64,000 nucleotides of DNA from Mobula hypostoma (GCF_963921235.1 NC_086124.1:1612001-1676000), one strand, 5' to 3'. Shown: positions 32,827-46,297, numbered from the stretch's first letter. The notes: generated by a model from the letters alone, not told the origin. Translations and numbers: made by a program.

Positions 32827-33392
32827 CACAAAGGCGGCTCAACCTATCAAAACCACCAACAGAAGCTTTTCATTCTTTTGCTGAATGTGGTCAGCAATTA
32901 ACATGATGAAGAAATTGCAAACCAACACGTCTTCCCGGGGTGCAGCAGAATCCAGTAATTAACTTACTGCAGTTGGTGTATCCACAACTTTATTAGAGAT
33001 ATGTATCACCTTAAACATTCCAGTTATCTTCAATTTGGTGTTGGATTAGAGGCAAGTAATTTTCAGTGCTTGGCTGCTACTATTTGACAACCTGAAGTTT
33101 TCAGATTAGAATCTGTATTGATAGATATACAATGAGTAGTACTTACTCCCAACAGGTGGCAGAGAGTCAAAATAACCATGGAAGGAAGTGAAAAGCTATG
33201 TAAAACTGGACAGCAAAATCAAGCTTATTGTTAAATGCACCAGTGCTTGTACACACAGGTGTAACGAAAAGCTTGCTTGCAGCAGCGTCACAGGTACATA
33301 GCGTTCAAGAAAAAATATTCAACATAACTTATACACAGTTTTTATAAGAAAGACCACAATTGGAACAAAAGAAAACAAAATCAATTTTAGTC

Positions 33393-33960
33393 AAATGGGG
33401 GACCGCTTCATCGAACATCCCCACACCATCCAGCGCAAGCGGAACTTCCTGGTGTCTAAGTATTGTAACTCAGATTCCAATTCCCATTCTGATGTGTTGA
33501 TCCATGGTCTCCTCTTGTGTTAAGGTTAGGCCACCCGCAAGCTGGAGGAGCTGAGGAGCAATACCTCATATTCCATCTGCGTACCCTCCAACTTCATGAC
33601 ATGTATATTGATTTCTTCTTCCAGTGAACAAGTTTCCCTTACCTCTCTGACCTTTCACTTCTTCTCACCTGGGTCCCCTCCTCCTTTCCTTTCTTCTATT
33701 GTCCACTCTCCTCTCCTGTCAGATTTTTTCTTCTCCAGCCCTTTACCTTTCTCACCCACCTGGCTTACCTATCACCTTCCAGATATCTTCCTTGCCCTCC
33801 CTCCACCTTTTAACTCAAACATCTCCCCCGCTTCCCTCTCAGTCCTGAAGAAGAGTCGACTGTTCACTCTTTTCCTTAGATGCTGTCTGACCTGCTGAGT
33901 TATTCAGGCATTTTGTGTGTATTGCTTTGGATTGCCAGCATCTGCAAACTCGTGTTTGTA
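33393..33960 (+). mobile_element. Penelope-like 3' fragment
   Basis: Degenerate GIY-YIG C-terminal codons (ggggaccgcttcatcgaaca...), pyrimidine tract, pLTR remnant. Confidence 0.7.
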
Positions 33961-34149
33961 AAAGAACAAAATTCATTTTAGTTCAAGGTTGTCACAGCGT
34001 TGCTTAATGAATGTTGTGGTGATTCAAGTGTTCTCAGTTGCTTCAGGAACTGAGTGGTTGAAGGGATGTAGCTGTTCTTGAACCTGGTGGTGTGGGACTT
34101 CAGGCTTCTGTACTTCCTGGCTGATGGAAACGGCAATTAGATGGCACGG

Positions 34150-35610
34150 TGATAGATAGATAGATACTTCATTGATCCCAAAGGAAATTAGTGTCACACT
34201 AACATTACAAGTGCACAGGTGTACAAGCATTGGAAGGAAAGTAAGAAAGAATAAAAAATAAATTGCCTCAAGCAGTCTAACAGGAGGGAGTCATCACTTC
34301 CCGGCTGTAGGTTGACTCATCATAAAGCCTAATGGCCGAGGGTAAGAATGACCTCATACAGCGCTCTTTGGAGCAGCACAGTTGTCTTAGTCTGTTACTG
34401 AAAGTCCTCCTCTGTTCAGCCAAGGTGGCATGCAGAGGGTGAGAAACATTGTCCAGAATTGCCAGGATTTTCCGTATGGTCCTCTGTTCTACCACAGCCC
34501 CAGTGTGTCCAGTTTGACTCCCGTATCAGAGCCAGCCTTTCTAATCAGTTTATTAAGACTGTTGGCACCAATCATGTTGATACCATTGCCCCAGCACACC
34601 ACTGTATAGAAGATTGTACTGGCAACAACAGACAGTAGAACATGTGAAGGAGAGGCCTGCATACTCCAAAGGACCTCAGACTCCTCAGGAAGCAGAGGTG
34701 ACTCTGGCCCTTCTTGTACACAGCCTTTTTGTTGGTGCTCCACTCAAGTCTGTCATCCAGGTGCACCCCCAGCTACTTGTAGGTCCTCACCACATCCACG
34801 TCCTCACCATCAATAGTAACAGGGAGCAGTGGAAGCTTAGTCTTCCAAAAGTTCATCACCATCTCCTTTGTCTGACTGATGTTGAGCTGCAGTTGACTCA
34901 GCTTGCACCGTTTGACAAGGTTCACCAGGGCCCTGTATTCATCCTCCCATCTTCTTTTATACTGTTGCTGAGTAATCAAAGAATTTCTGCAGATGTCATG
35001 ACTCAGTGTTGTATTAAAGTCTGAGGTATACAGAGTAAACAGGAAGGAGGCCAATACAGTACCTTGTGGGGCCCTGGTGCTGCGTATAGCCATGTCTGAC
35101 ACAGTTCTGAAGCCACACAAATGGAGTCTATTATCCAGGATACAATGGAAGTGCCAACCTGCATTCAGTGGAGCTTTTCCTCCAGCAATGAGGGCTGCAT
35201 GGTATTGAAGGGACTTGAGAAATCAAAGAACACAATCCTCACAGTGCTGACTATCTTATCGAAATGGGAATAGGCTCTGTTCAGCAGGTAGATGACAGCA
35301 TCGTCGACTCCAATGTGCTCCTGGTAGGCAAACTGCCGGGGACCGTGACCAGATCTGACCAGGGGTTGGAGGTGAGCCAGGACCAGCCTCTCTAGGGTCT
35401 TCACGATGTGTGAGGTCAGGGCACTGGACGGTAGTCATTCAAGACCTTTGGTTGGCCCTTCTTGGGTACTGGAACCACACATAATGTTCTCTGTCTGGAC
35501 CTTTCCAGGCTGAGACTCAGATTGAAAATGCGCTGGGAAATTCCACACAGCTGATCAGCACACTCCTTCAGGATCTTGGTGTTCACGCCGTCCAGTTCCA
35601 ATGCTTTGCT
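34150..35610 (-). mobile_element. Rex1-like LINE with decayed RT
   Basis: LNDYRPV, MKTLERLVLAHL, FFDFSSPFNT, APQGTVLASFLFTLYTSD across frameshifted ORFs. Confidence 0.88.
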
Positions 35611-38600
35611 GATAGACTTTGCCCTCTTTGAGGTGGTGTCTGATGTCGGTGAATGAACCATTCTGACCATGAGTGGGAAGTGATGTGCCTGGGATGTATC
35701 AGGCAGAGCCATTACTTGCTGCAGCTTCTTGTGTTCCTATGCTTTCAAGTTGCTGTACCAAATCATGATGCAACCAGTCAGGATACTTTCAACAGTAACA
35801 CACACATAATGCTGGAAGAACTCAGCAGGCCAGGCAGCATCTAAGGAAAAGAATAAACAGTCAACATTTTGGGCCGAGACCCTTCATCGGGACAGGAAAA
35901 AAAGGATGAGAAGTTTCCAGCATCTGCAGGTATTCTCGTCTTTGTATTTTCAACAGGACATCTGTAGAAGGTTATTAGAGTGTTTGGTAACAAGCCAAAC
36001 CTCTGAGGAAAGTAAAGGCACCTTCCATGTGATTTCATCAATGTGCTGGGTCCAGCTCAGGTCATTCACCCAGGAATTTAAAGCTGCTGACTCTCTCTCT
36101 TGCCCATCTCCCAACGTAGAATGGAACACATTAAACCCTCCTTCCCTTTCTGAAGTCAGTGATCTGCTTCAAGCATCAACAAATAAAAGTCGATATGTAG
36201 CTGACTGGAAAGGTGCTGCTGCCATGAATGTAAAGTTATCAGACAATATCCGATGTCTGTGCACTGATCAGCATAGCCTTAGAATAATATCTGACCAGTC
36301 TGTGGTATGGCGTTCCTGCCACTAGATGGTATGAATGTCTTTGAAAAGCCTTACAATAATACCATTGTGCGGGTACCTTATGCCTTTGGGCACAATACCC
36401 ATATAATTTTTGTGGGATTTCTAAAATTTCTCCAAATAGCATTTTATTTACGATTACTGCAAGAAGTTTCCTGCTGAGAGTCCTGGGATATGATAAATCA
36501 TTTCTTGCTGTATTAATGTAAGGAATTTAAGGGTCTGAAGGACAGATCTGATAAGGTGCAAATAATGAACTTGAGAAATGAGCCACTGGTCTATCATTGT
36601 GATGAGTAATGTTTAGTATCCGGCCTGATCAGTGTTGGACAAGACAGCTTTGTGTGGCATTGGGGTTTTATATTAAAGATAATTAAAAAAATCTTTTCAG
36701 TGTCTTTTCGTAATCTGTGAGTATGCACTGTTTACATGCAAGATGGTAGTACAGTGGCAGAAAGTTGCAGAGCAGTAGAATAAGTTGAATACTGGATAGT
36801 CATTTCTTATCTCTCGAACATACTTACTAACAACCATATTGTGAACAAACAGTGTGGAACTGTAACCATTAGTTTCATCTGCAATATCATTACAGACCAT
36901 CTCTAGTTTGAGCAGAGAGACACGTACAAACAGGGAAGTGGCTCAATTCATTATTAACACTTCTGGGCTTATATCTAAATCTCTTATTCATTTACTGAAT
37001 GCTTCTTGAAAGCTCAAAGTAAATTTACAATCAAAGTACATATATGTCACCATATTCAACCCTGGGATTTATATTCTTGTGTGCATACTCAATAATCTAG
37101 AGAATAATAACCATAACAGAATCAATGAAGGACCATACCAGTTAGGGTATTCAACCCGTGTGCAGAAGACAACAAGCTGTGAAAGTACAAAAGTAATAAT
37201 AATACTCAAAACAGCACACACAAAAATGCTGGAGGAACTCAGCAGGCCAGGCAGCATCCATGGAAAAAAGTGCAGTCAATGTTGCGGGCTGAAACCCTTC
37301 ACCAGGACCCAGGAATAATAATAATAATAAGTTGCAATAAATATGAGGTGAAGAGTCTTCGAGGTGCATCCATAGGTTGTGAGAGCATTTCAATAATGGG
37401 GCAAGTGAAGTTATCCCCTTTGGTTCAAGAGTCTGATGGCTGAGGGTTAATAATTGTTTCTGAACCTGGTGGTGTGATTCCTGAGGCTCCTGTACCTTCT
37501 ACCTGATGTTAGCAGCGAGGAGAGAGCATGGCCTGGCTAATGGGGTCTCTGATGATGGATGCTACTTTCCTGCAATGACATTTCATGTAGAAGTGCTCAA
37601 TGGTGGGGAGGGCTTTACCCGTGATAGATTGAGGATTGCAAATTCAGCCATGGCAAGTTCGACCAATAAGAGCTGGTGTTGTGAAGGAAGAAAATGTATT
37701 GCAGCAGCACATGTATCTGACGGTTATAAACGGATTAGAAGGCAATGGCAATATGATCTGTTCACACCTTCTGAACAATAAATCTGACTGAATGGGGAAC
37801 ATGGCATACATCCCTGGAATATATTCACAATACCCTTAGACATAACTGGAGAACATTCGGATTATGTTGACAGCAAATATACTGAATGTAATGTGCAAGT
37901 TTGTGCTAGCATTTGATTTAAAAATATCAGAATCAGATTTAGCGTCACTGCTGTATGTCGTATAATTTGTTTTATGGCAGCAGTACAGTGCAATGCACAA
38001 TAGTAAATACTCTAAATTACAGTAAGGAATATATACTGTATATAAAAAGATAAAGTAGTGCACAAAAAGAGGAATAATAGTGAGTTTGTGTACAAGGGTT
38101 CATTGTCCGTTCTGAAATCTAATGGCTGTGGGGTAGAAGCTGTTCCTGAAATGTTGAGTGACCCCTCCACTCCAGACGCTGATGCAACCAGAGAATCATA
38201 GAAAAGCACAGCAGAGAAACAGGCCATTTGGCCTGTCTGGTTTGTGCCAAACCATTTAAATTGCCCTCCATCGGGACCATAGCCCTCCATATCCTTACCA
38301 ACCAGTTAGAATGTTTTACCATTTTCTTTTTCCTTTCCTTTCCTCTCCTCCTGATGAGTTTGATACCTTGCTAGAAATGTTGATGTGATTGACTTGTCAA
38401 TTTGGAAAAGGGGTCTTGGGCCTTTATCTTCCCTTCAAAGGGATTGCCAATTCCAGGATTGTCCTGCAGCGCTTTAATCAGGTCACCAGTGCTCCTCTGG
38501 AAACGTAAAGTTTGAGTATCAGATGGGTGTGGGGAAAGGAACCAAATGAGTTCATTCCCAACAGTATCTGATATCTACATTCACGTCAAGTGGAGTTTAT

Positions 38601-38924
38601 TGACATCTGCACAGGTACATGCATTCACAAATGCAATGAAAAACATGGTTGTAGCAGCATCACAGGCACATCAAATCAGATAAGGAGTGTTCACAAGAAA
38701 ATATGTAAACATAAACTGTACACAATTTTTATCAGAAAGAACAACTGTAACAAAAATTGTCAATTTTAGTGGAAAGTGACCAGTGTAGTGACTAGGGATT
38801 TTCTTGCTGGTTCAGGAACCGAATGGTTGGAGGGACGTAGCTATTCCTGAATCTGGTGGTGTGGGACTTCAGGCTTCAGCACCTCCTGTCTGATGGTGCA
38901 AGAAATAAAAGTGCACACTGTTTT

Positions 38925-39232
38925 ATAAATGGAGAGAAAATTCAAACATCTGAGGTGCAATTGGACTTGGCAGTCCTTGTGCAGGATCCCCCCCAAAGGT
39001 TCATTTGCATGTTAAGTCAGTAGCGAGGAAGACAAATGCGATTTTGGTAATCAAGAGGATTAGAATATAAAAGCAAGGATGTAATGTTCAGGCTTTGTAA
39101 AGGACTGGTGAGGCCTCACCTGGAGTATTGTGAGTAGCTTTGGGCCCCTTATCTAAGGAAGGATATGCCGACATTGGAAAGGGTGCAAAAGAGGTTCGTG
39201 AAAATGATTCTGGAATTGAAAGGCTTGTTATT
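38925..39232 (+). mobile_element. CR1 fragment
   Basis: ctggtgaggcctcacctggagtattgtg. Confidence 0.7.
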
Positions 39233-39312
39233 TGAAAATCTGCGGCCTGTAACCATCGATACTCACCTCAGCGCTAAACTGGCCCTGTGGCTATGGTCTG
39301 CAGCCATCGAAA

Positions 39313-39950
39313 GGTAGGAGGAGAAGATGGCGGCGTGACACAGCGCACACAGCTCTCTGGTGAAATGATATCGTATTTGTTAAATAGGGTACCGTGCACA
39401 ATTCTGATTTGATGGAGACAGCCGTGAGAACATGGAGGAACATCTGGAGAAACTTCTGAAATGCCTGGTTCGCTGCCGCTGCTACTGTGCGATCGAGAAT
39501 CTCCGGAGGGAAGTTCCCCAAGATCCTTGGCTTTGCCTGCTGCTGGCGGCTGGGGCTGGAGTCGAAGCGCTCGGCAGAGATGGTGCTCGGTACTCAGTGT
39601 TGGAGGGCTGGTCAGAGGCTCGAAGTTTTCGGACGACTCAGAGTCAGACTGTGGTTGGGTATGGCAGGGAGAGTTTTCTTCCTTCTCCCGTCTGCATGAG
39701 ATGTGGGACTTTCGAGAAACTTTGAACTTTTTTTACCGTGCCCATGGCCTGTTCTTCATCAAGTTATGGTATTGCTTGCACTGTTGTAACTATATGTAAT
39801 AATTATGTGGTTTTTATCAGTTTTTCAGTCTTGGTCTGTCCTGTGTTTCTGTGATATCACACCAGAGGAATATTGTATCATTTCTTAATGCATGCATTAC
39901 TAAATGACAATAAAAGAGGACTGCATGTCCTCATAATATAATCTAATCTA
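39313..39950 (+). mobile_element. About 640-bp non-autonomous retro-like element inserted in a minisatellite
   Basis: 5' AAGATGGCGGCG (YY1-like), AATAAA and (ATCTA)n tail; flanked by copies of actggccctgtggctRtggtcWgcagccatcga. Confidence 0.55.
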
Positions 39951-40130
39951 ACTGGCCCTGTGGCTGTGGTCAGCAGCCATCGATACTGGACTCAGTACTA
40001 AACCGGCCCTGTGGTTGTGGTCAGCAGCCATTGATACTTGTCTCTACTAAACTGGCCCTGTGGCTGTGGTCAGCAGCCACTGGGCTCCTGGTCCGGCTGC
40101 ACTCACCACAGCACTGAACTGGATCTGTGG
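39950..40130. repeat. Minisatellite, about 46-52-bp unit (ctaaactggccctgtggctgtggtcagcagccatcgatac...)
   Basis: Three to four adjacent units plus a unit at about 39275-39310. Confidence 0.8.
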
Positions 40131-40824
40131 CTGTGAACTCACTTTTGGGGAGTCTAAGGTTCACATTCTGTGTGTTGTTGGTTTACGTTTTTACTGTTTG
40201 CACGATTTGCTCTTTTTATTTAATACATTGGGTGTTTTCCAGTCTTTGTTGTGTGACATTGGGGAGAATCCTTTGGCTTTCTTTCACACTAGATATGGGA
40301 TCCTTCACTATCATTGAGAGAATTGGGTTGCACCTTAGCCTAGATCTGTGTGTTCATTTCCCCAGTGTACATAATGTAGCCTTTAGAATTTGTGTTTGTA
40401 ACCGAGATGTACCTGTGAGGATGTCAAGATCTATTCAACAGAACATGTTCATCCTCTCCAAAGAAGTCAACAGATAGTTCCAGTTACCTCCTTGACCAAA
40501 AATCGCAGGCCACTGATGCCTTAACTGGGAGCAGCAAAGTTAGTCAAACTGCAAGTGCCTCACCTGTCAAAATTCTTAACCAGCTGAGCCATCTCAGAAA
40601 CCCACTTTGAATGATGACTTTTATTTAATTCTGTAAATGGAAGGTGATATGTAAGTGCAAATTCTTTTATTACAGCAAAGAGACAGAGCAAATGGAAAAC
40701 AGGCCACAAAAATGCATTGGAGAACAAATTTTAAGCTTTAACTGTATTATTATAGATTTTGTGGATCAATAAGTCAGCTCTCAGTAAATAATAATGATGA
40801 AAGGTCAAAGTGCTCTCTGCTCAG

Positions 40825-40869
40825 TGACATCACAGAAATCTAGTTAAGAATCACCGTTACTAAGGTGAT
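40825..40869. promoter_or_regulatory. CRE-like (TGACATCA) plus RFX X-box-like (GTTACTAAGGTGAT) motif pair; candidate promoter
   Basis: Motifs at 40825-40832 and 40856-40869 in unique sequence; strong donor CAG|GTAAGT at 41024/41025 downstream. Confidence 0.35.
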
Positions 40870-41969
40870 CACTGGAAATCAATTGTACTGGTCAATTCAG
40901 AATCTTTAATGCTCGACAGATATCAGAACATTTCCCATTAGTATCCTGTCAGTTTTCACTTCTCCTGCTCTAGAAGTTAGTCATTCCTTTACTTCATTGT
41001 TTAGCATTTTACCTTTTGCGCCAGGTAAGTTTAATTACTAAAGAAAGTTAAAAGTCAGAAACTTTTTTTTACTCGGGGGTGTTTGAAAAGAAAAACTCGC
41101 TGCCTCTGGGAATGTTACGATACCGAGCATCAAGGTATTGAGGACAAGCCGGAAAGGGAATCGGGAAGAAGGGTATGGTGTGAGTGACACAAAGTGGGCT
41201 TTTAATGGCTATGGGCCTGTACTTGCTGCGGTTTAGAAGAATGAGGGGGGATCTCATTGAAGCTTATAGAAAGTTGAATGGACTTTGAGAGGATGTTTCC
41301 TCTAGTCGGGGAGTCTAGGTTCAGAGGGCACACTCTCAGAATAGAAGGACATCCCTTCTACTGAGATGAGGAGGAATTTCTTTAGCCAGATAATCAAAAT
41401 CAGATTTAATATTACTAACATATGTTGTGAAATTAATTAACATTGCGGCAGCAGTACAAGGCTGTACATGATAACAGAAAGAATACAGTAAGTATATATA
41501 CAGCATATTAAATAGTTAAATTAAAAAAGTAGTGCAAAAAATAGAAATTTAAGAAGTAATGAGGTAGTGTTCATGGGTTCAATGTCAAATAGGATAGCAG
41601 AGGGGAAGAAGCTGTTCCTGAATCGTTGAGTGTGTGTCTTCAGGCTCCTGTACCTCCTCCCTGATGGTAGCAATGAGAAGAGGGCATGTCCTGGGTGATG
41701 GGGGCCCTTAATGATGGATGCCTCCTTTCTGATGAACTGCACCTTGAAGAGGTCCTGGAGGCTAGTAGCCATGATGGAGCTGAACATATTTAAAGCAGGG
41801 TTTGATAGGTTCTTGATTAATCAGGGCACCAAAGGTTATGGTGCGAAGGCAGGAGAGTGGGGTTGAGAGGGATAATAAGGGAATCCATTATGATGGAATG
41901 GCAGAACAGACTCGATGGGCTGAGTGGCCTAATCCTATGTTTTATCGTCTGAAAGTAACAGGAAGCTGT

Positions 41970-42535
41970 GAATTGAATTGAATTGACTTTATTTCTTACA
42001 TCCTTCGCATACATGAGGGGTAGAAATCTTTATGTTACGTCTCTGTCTGAATGTGCAATGTGCAAATTATAGTAATTTGTAATCAATAGTATGTATAGTA
42101 ATATATACAACAGAACAGTCAATATAGCTTAGAAATACAATAGTGTCAGCATGAATTAATCAGTCTGATGGCCTGGTGGAAGAAGCTGTCCCGGATCCTG
42201 TTAGTCCTGGCTTTAATGCTGCGGCACTGTTTCCCAGATGGTAGCAGCTGGAACAGATTGTGGTTGGGGTGACTCGGGTCCCCAATGATCCTTCGAACCC
42301 TTTTTACACACCTGTCTTTGTAAGTATCCTGAACAGTGAAAAGTTCACATCTACAGATGCACTGGGCTGTCCACACCACTCTCTGCAGAGTCCTGCGATT
42401 GAGGGAAGTACAGTTCCCGTACCAGGCAGTGATGCATCCAGTCAGGATGCTGTCAATTGTGCACTTGTATAAAGCCCTTAGGATTTGGAGGCCCATACCA
42501 AACTGGGGTGAAAGAGGTGCTGTTGTGCTTTTCTC
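41970..42535 (-). mobile_element. Rex1/Babar 3' fragment
   Basis: [21 protein letters not shown]...FQLLPSGK...DSFFHQAIRLIN; (TTCAA)n tail. Confidence 0.85.
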
Positions 42536-42654
42536 TGTAGGATTGGCATGAGTGCAGATACGTTGAATTGTTTTTGTACCATCTGTATCATGAAAATGAA
42601 ATCCTTTATGTTTTAACTGTGAATATTTCCAATTTATAGCTACTGGGTTTTACT

Positions 42655-42957
42655 TATAATAGGCATCCGTTAGTCTCATGAGACCATGGATTTGCGCCTT
42701 GAAAGGTTTCCAGGGCACAGGCCTGGGCAAGGTTGTATGGAAGACCAGCAGTTGCCCATGCTGCAAGTCTCCCCTCTCCACGCCACCGATGTTGTCCAAG
42801 GGAAGGGCATTAGGACCCATACAGCTTGGCACCGGTGTCGTCGCAGAGCAATGTGTGGTTAAGTGTCTTGCTCAAGGACACAACACGCTGCCTCAGCCAA
42901 GGCTCGAACTAGCAACCTTCAGATTACTAGATGAACACCTTAACCACTTGGCCACGC
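42655..42957 (-). mobile_element. tRNA-head SINE with RTE-like tail
   Basis: Minus strand: gtggccaagtggttaagg (A box)...gttcgagcc (B box), ending in ctaacggatgcc. Confidence 0.7.
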
Positions 42958-43571
42958 GTTTTATTTATAATGCAAAGTATTATTAGACTTTAATCATGGT
43001 AGCTGTTGAAGGGTTCCACAGCACTTGTAGTATTCTCTCTTGTGGGCTGTTCAGCCTGGCATTGCTACCCTTTGCTGCTCTCTGACCAACAGCTAAAGGC
43101 AGGAGGCTGGGTTCAGATTCAGATTTCTCAGATTTATTCATCTTGTGAACATCAAACTCACAGTGGAATGAATCACTTGTATTAACAACCAACACACCCA
43201 ACGATGTGCCTGGGGCAGCCTGAAGTGTCACCACACATTCTGGGGCCAACATAGCATTCACACAATGCTCAGCAGAGCAACACAAACAAAACTCCAATGC
43301 ACAGAGTTACAAGATATCTTGATTGTGGCCCAAGATTGCAACATATCTCCTGTTGTCTTTTAAAACACCCTGCACACAATGGTAGTAACCAGTTTGTGAG
43401 CAAAAGGAGGCCAGTAAGTTCAGAGCTGTGGTTTGAAAATCTTTCCAGTGTATTGCAACCTGCTTGCTCCTTTACTAGCATGAACAATTCTTCATCCCAG
43501 TGTTTCTGGTTAAGAGTTGAGAAAGCAACAGTAAAACCAGCCCCATTCCCACCCTCCCCACTCACAATCAC

Positions 43572-43990
43572 ACAGACAGGCCTCCACCCCAGGGCAGGTA
43601 GTCTGCAGTCAGACAGGCCCCCAACCCCAGAGCAGGTAGTCTCCAGTCAGACAGGCTCCCAACCCCAGACCAGGCAGTCTCCAGTCAGACAGGCCCCCAA
43701 CCCCAGGCCAGGCAGTCTCCAGGCAGACAGGCCCCCAACCCCAAGGCAGGTAGTCTCCAGTCAGACAGACCCCCAACCCCAGGCCAGGCAGCCTCCAGTC
43801 AGGCAGGCCCCCAACCCCAGGCCAGGCAGTCTCCAGTCAGACAGGCCCTCAACCCCAGGCCAGGCAGCCTCCAGTCAGACAGGCCCCCAACCCCAGGCCA
43901 GGCAATCTCCAGTCAGACAGGCCCCCAACCCCAGGCCAGGCAGTCTCCAGTCAGACAGGCCCCCAACCCCAGGGTAGACGACCTCCAGGC
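43572..43990. repeat. 38-bp minisatellite, about 11 copies
   Basis: Unit cagacaggcccccaaccccaggccaggcagtctccagt. Confidence 0.93.
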
Positions 43991-44121
43991 CTTCAGTCCT
44001 TAGCTCTGGACTCTCAGATCTGCAGACATCAGATTGGGCTTGTAACCTCCGGCCTCTGGCCTGAGATCAGGCCTTGGACCTCTGGTCAACCCAACCCAAG
44101 GGCTTCAATTTGGAGTCAATG

Positions 44122-44855
44122 AGTCATAGGAAACTACAGCTCAGAACCATTTAAACTCCCTTGTCCTATCACCCAGACAGACCATAACCCTCCATACCAA
44201 CCCCCCCCCCCATCCATGTTCCAAACTTCTCTTAAACATTGACATCAAAATTGCATGCACCGCTTGCACTGGCAGCACATTCCATACTCTCACCACCCTA
44301 TGAGTGAAGAAGTTTCCCTTCATGTTCCCCTTAAGCATTTCACCTTTCACCCTTAACCCATGAACTCTAGCCACCCAACCTCAGTGGAAAAAGCCTGCTT
44401 GTATTTATCCTATCTATACCCCTCATAATTTTGTATACCTCTATCAAATCTCCTTTCAACCTTCTATGTTCCAAGAAATAAAGTCCTGACCTATTCTATC
44501 TTTCCCTGTAACTCAGGTTCTCCAGACCCGGTGACATCCTTGTAAATTTTCCCCATGCTTTTTTAACCTCATTTGCATCTTTCCTAAAGGTAGGTGACCA
44601 AAACTGCACACAATACTTCAAATTAGGCCTCGCCAACATCTTGTATAACTTATGCATAACATCCCAACTCCTGTGCTCAATACATTTATCTATGAAGGCC
44701 AATGTGCCAAAAACTTCCTTTACGACCCTATCTACCTGTGATGTCACTTTCAATGAATTATGGACCTGTATTCCTAGATCCCTTTGTTCTACCACACTCC
44801 TTAGTGTCCTACCGTTCACTGTGTAAGACCTACTCTGATTGGTCCTACCAAAAAT
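44122..44855 (-). mobile_element. CR1 3' fragment
   Basis: EQRDLGIQVHNSLK...RPNLKYCVQFWSP. Confidence 0.88.
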
Positions 44856-44919
44856 CATCTGAACCTCTTCAAGACTTGCCAACTTGAGTTTTTGACCTTT
44901 GGGCTTCTGTTTCAAACAG

Positions 44920-45024
44920 GGCTGCTTCCTTGCCCCCAGCCACTGTCTGAGAAGTGACACATCTCAACATGGTACAGCAGGCAGTTCTGAGACACACACA
45001 CCAGGGCCTTCAACTCATCCCAAG
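44920..45024 (+). other. Possible upstream exon of the novel gene (5'UTR or coding)
   Basis: ttctgtttcaaacag|105 nt, open in phase 0|gtaact; in frame with the exon starting at 46685. Confidence 0.35.
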
Positions 45025-45796
45025 GTAACTGGGCAACAAGCAGGTTCAACCATAGCAATCTATACTGACTCATGCCTTGGTCTGTTGTTGAACATCAGAA
45101 GGCAATTCATAGAAACCTTATTGAACAACCTGTGAAACCCCACAGGTGAAATTTGAACCAGCCAAGTATGAAATGATTAATTTTGGCTGGAAGTTCCAGA
45201 AAGTGGGTGTTGGAACAGGAAGACCTAGGAATGTGTTCCAAAACCTTAGAATGTGGCAGAACAAGTCCTGAAGTCTACCAACATAGGTACATTGAGTAGA
45301 ATTTCTGGAGAAAGCTAGGCGGGGTCTGGGAAGAAGGAGAGTTCACTTCTTAGGTCAGTGACCTGGTGACTTATCAATTGTGCCATGCCTTGTTAATGAT
45401 CTTTCATCAGATGCTTCACAGCATGATAGGCTTATATTTCAGCTTTTGAGCTGGGTGGCATGCAGGAGAACAGTTGAGTTTAGAGGTGACAAAGCCCTGG
45501 ATGGGAGGCTGGAAGGGGATGCTTTTTCCCTGGATAAAATGGAGAAGGGGGTAGAGCTGGATAAGGTGGAAGTTGGTGGTCATTGTGGTGGACGCATTAG
45601 GCTGGAAGCTCATCTCAGAATCAATACTGAGGTAACCGAACAGTCCAGATCAGTATCGGACAGAGTTGACGGATCAGATTGATTGCCTGGCAGTAATAAA
45701 TCTGGTTGAACTGGAGAGCCAACTGATACATGATTTCTTCTGTGAAACAGGTGGTGACATTTGGTATTTATCAGTATAAAGCTATTAGACTTTCTA

Positions 45797-46287
45797 GGGT
45801 GGCATGGAGGAGTAACACCTCATATACTGTCTAGGTAGTCTCCAGCCTCTTGGTATGAACATAGAATTCTCCAACTTCCGGTAATTCCCTTCCCCTCCCT
45901 TCCCCTCCCTTCCCCTATCCCAGTTTCACTCTGCCCCCTCCCCCAGCTGCCTATCACTTCCCTCATAGTTCTGCCTCCTTCTACTACCCATTGTGTTTTC
46001 CCCTATTCCTTCTTCACCTTTCCTGCCTATCACCTCCCTGCTTCCCCTCCCCCACCCCTTTATCTTTCCCCTTACTGGTTTTTCACCTGGAACCTACCAG
46101 CCTTCTCCTTCCCACCCTCCCCCACCTTCTTTATAGGGCTTCTGCCCCTTCCCTCTTCAGTTCTGACGAAGGGTTCTGGCCCGAAACTTTGACAGATTGT
46201 TTGCACGGATGCTGCCCGACCTGCTGAGTTCCTCCAGCGTGTTGTGAGTGTTGTTTTGACCCCAGCATCTGCAGAGTATTTTGTGTG
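45797..46287 (+). mobile_element. Penelope-like 3' fragment with hammerhead motif
   Basis: HLIYCLGSLQPLGMNIEFSNFR remnant; CTGACGAagggttctggcccGAAAc. Confidence 0.78.
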
Positions 46288-46297
46288 TTAGCTTCAT

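Noticed and set aside
38478-43505. Possible minus-strand exon chain (about 43460-43505 KHWDEELFMLVKEQA; 40564-40630 ELNKSHHSKWVSEMAQLVKNFDR; 38478-38496 GALVT*)
   Set aside because: Phases can be made to fit, but the first donor (gttgca) is poor, the peptide is unrecognised and no upstream exons were found. It could be chance or a non-coding antisense transcript.
43297-43977. 226-aa Pro/Gln-rich ORF
   Set aside because: Produced by a 38-bp (non-triplet) minisatellite cycling through frames.
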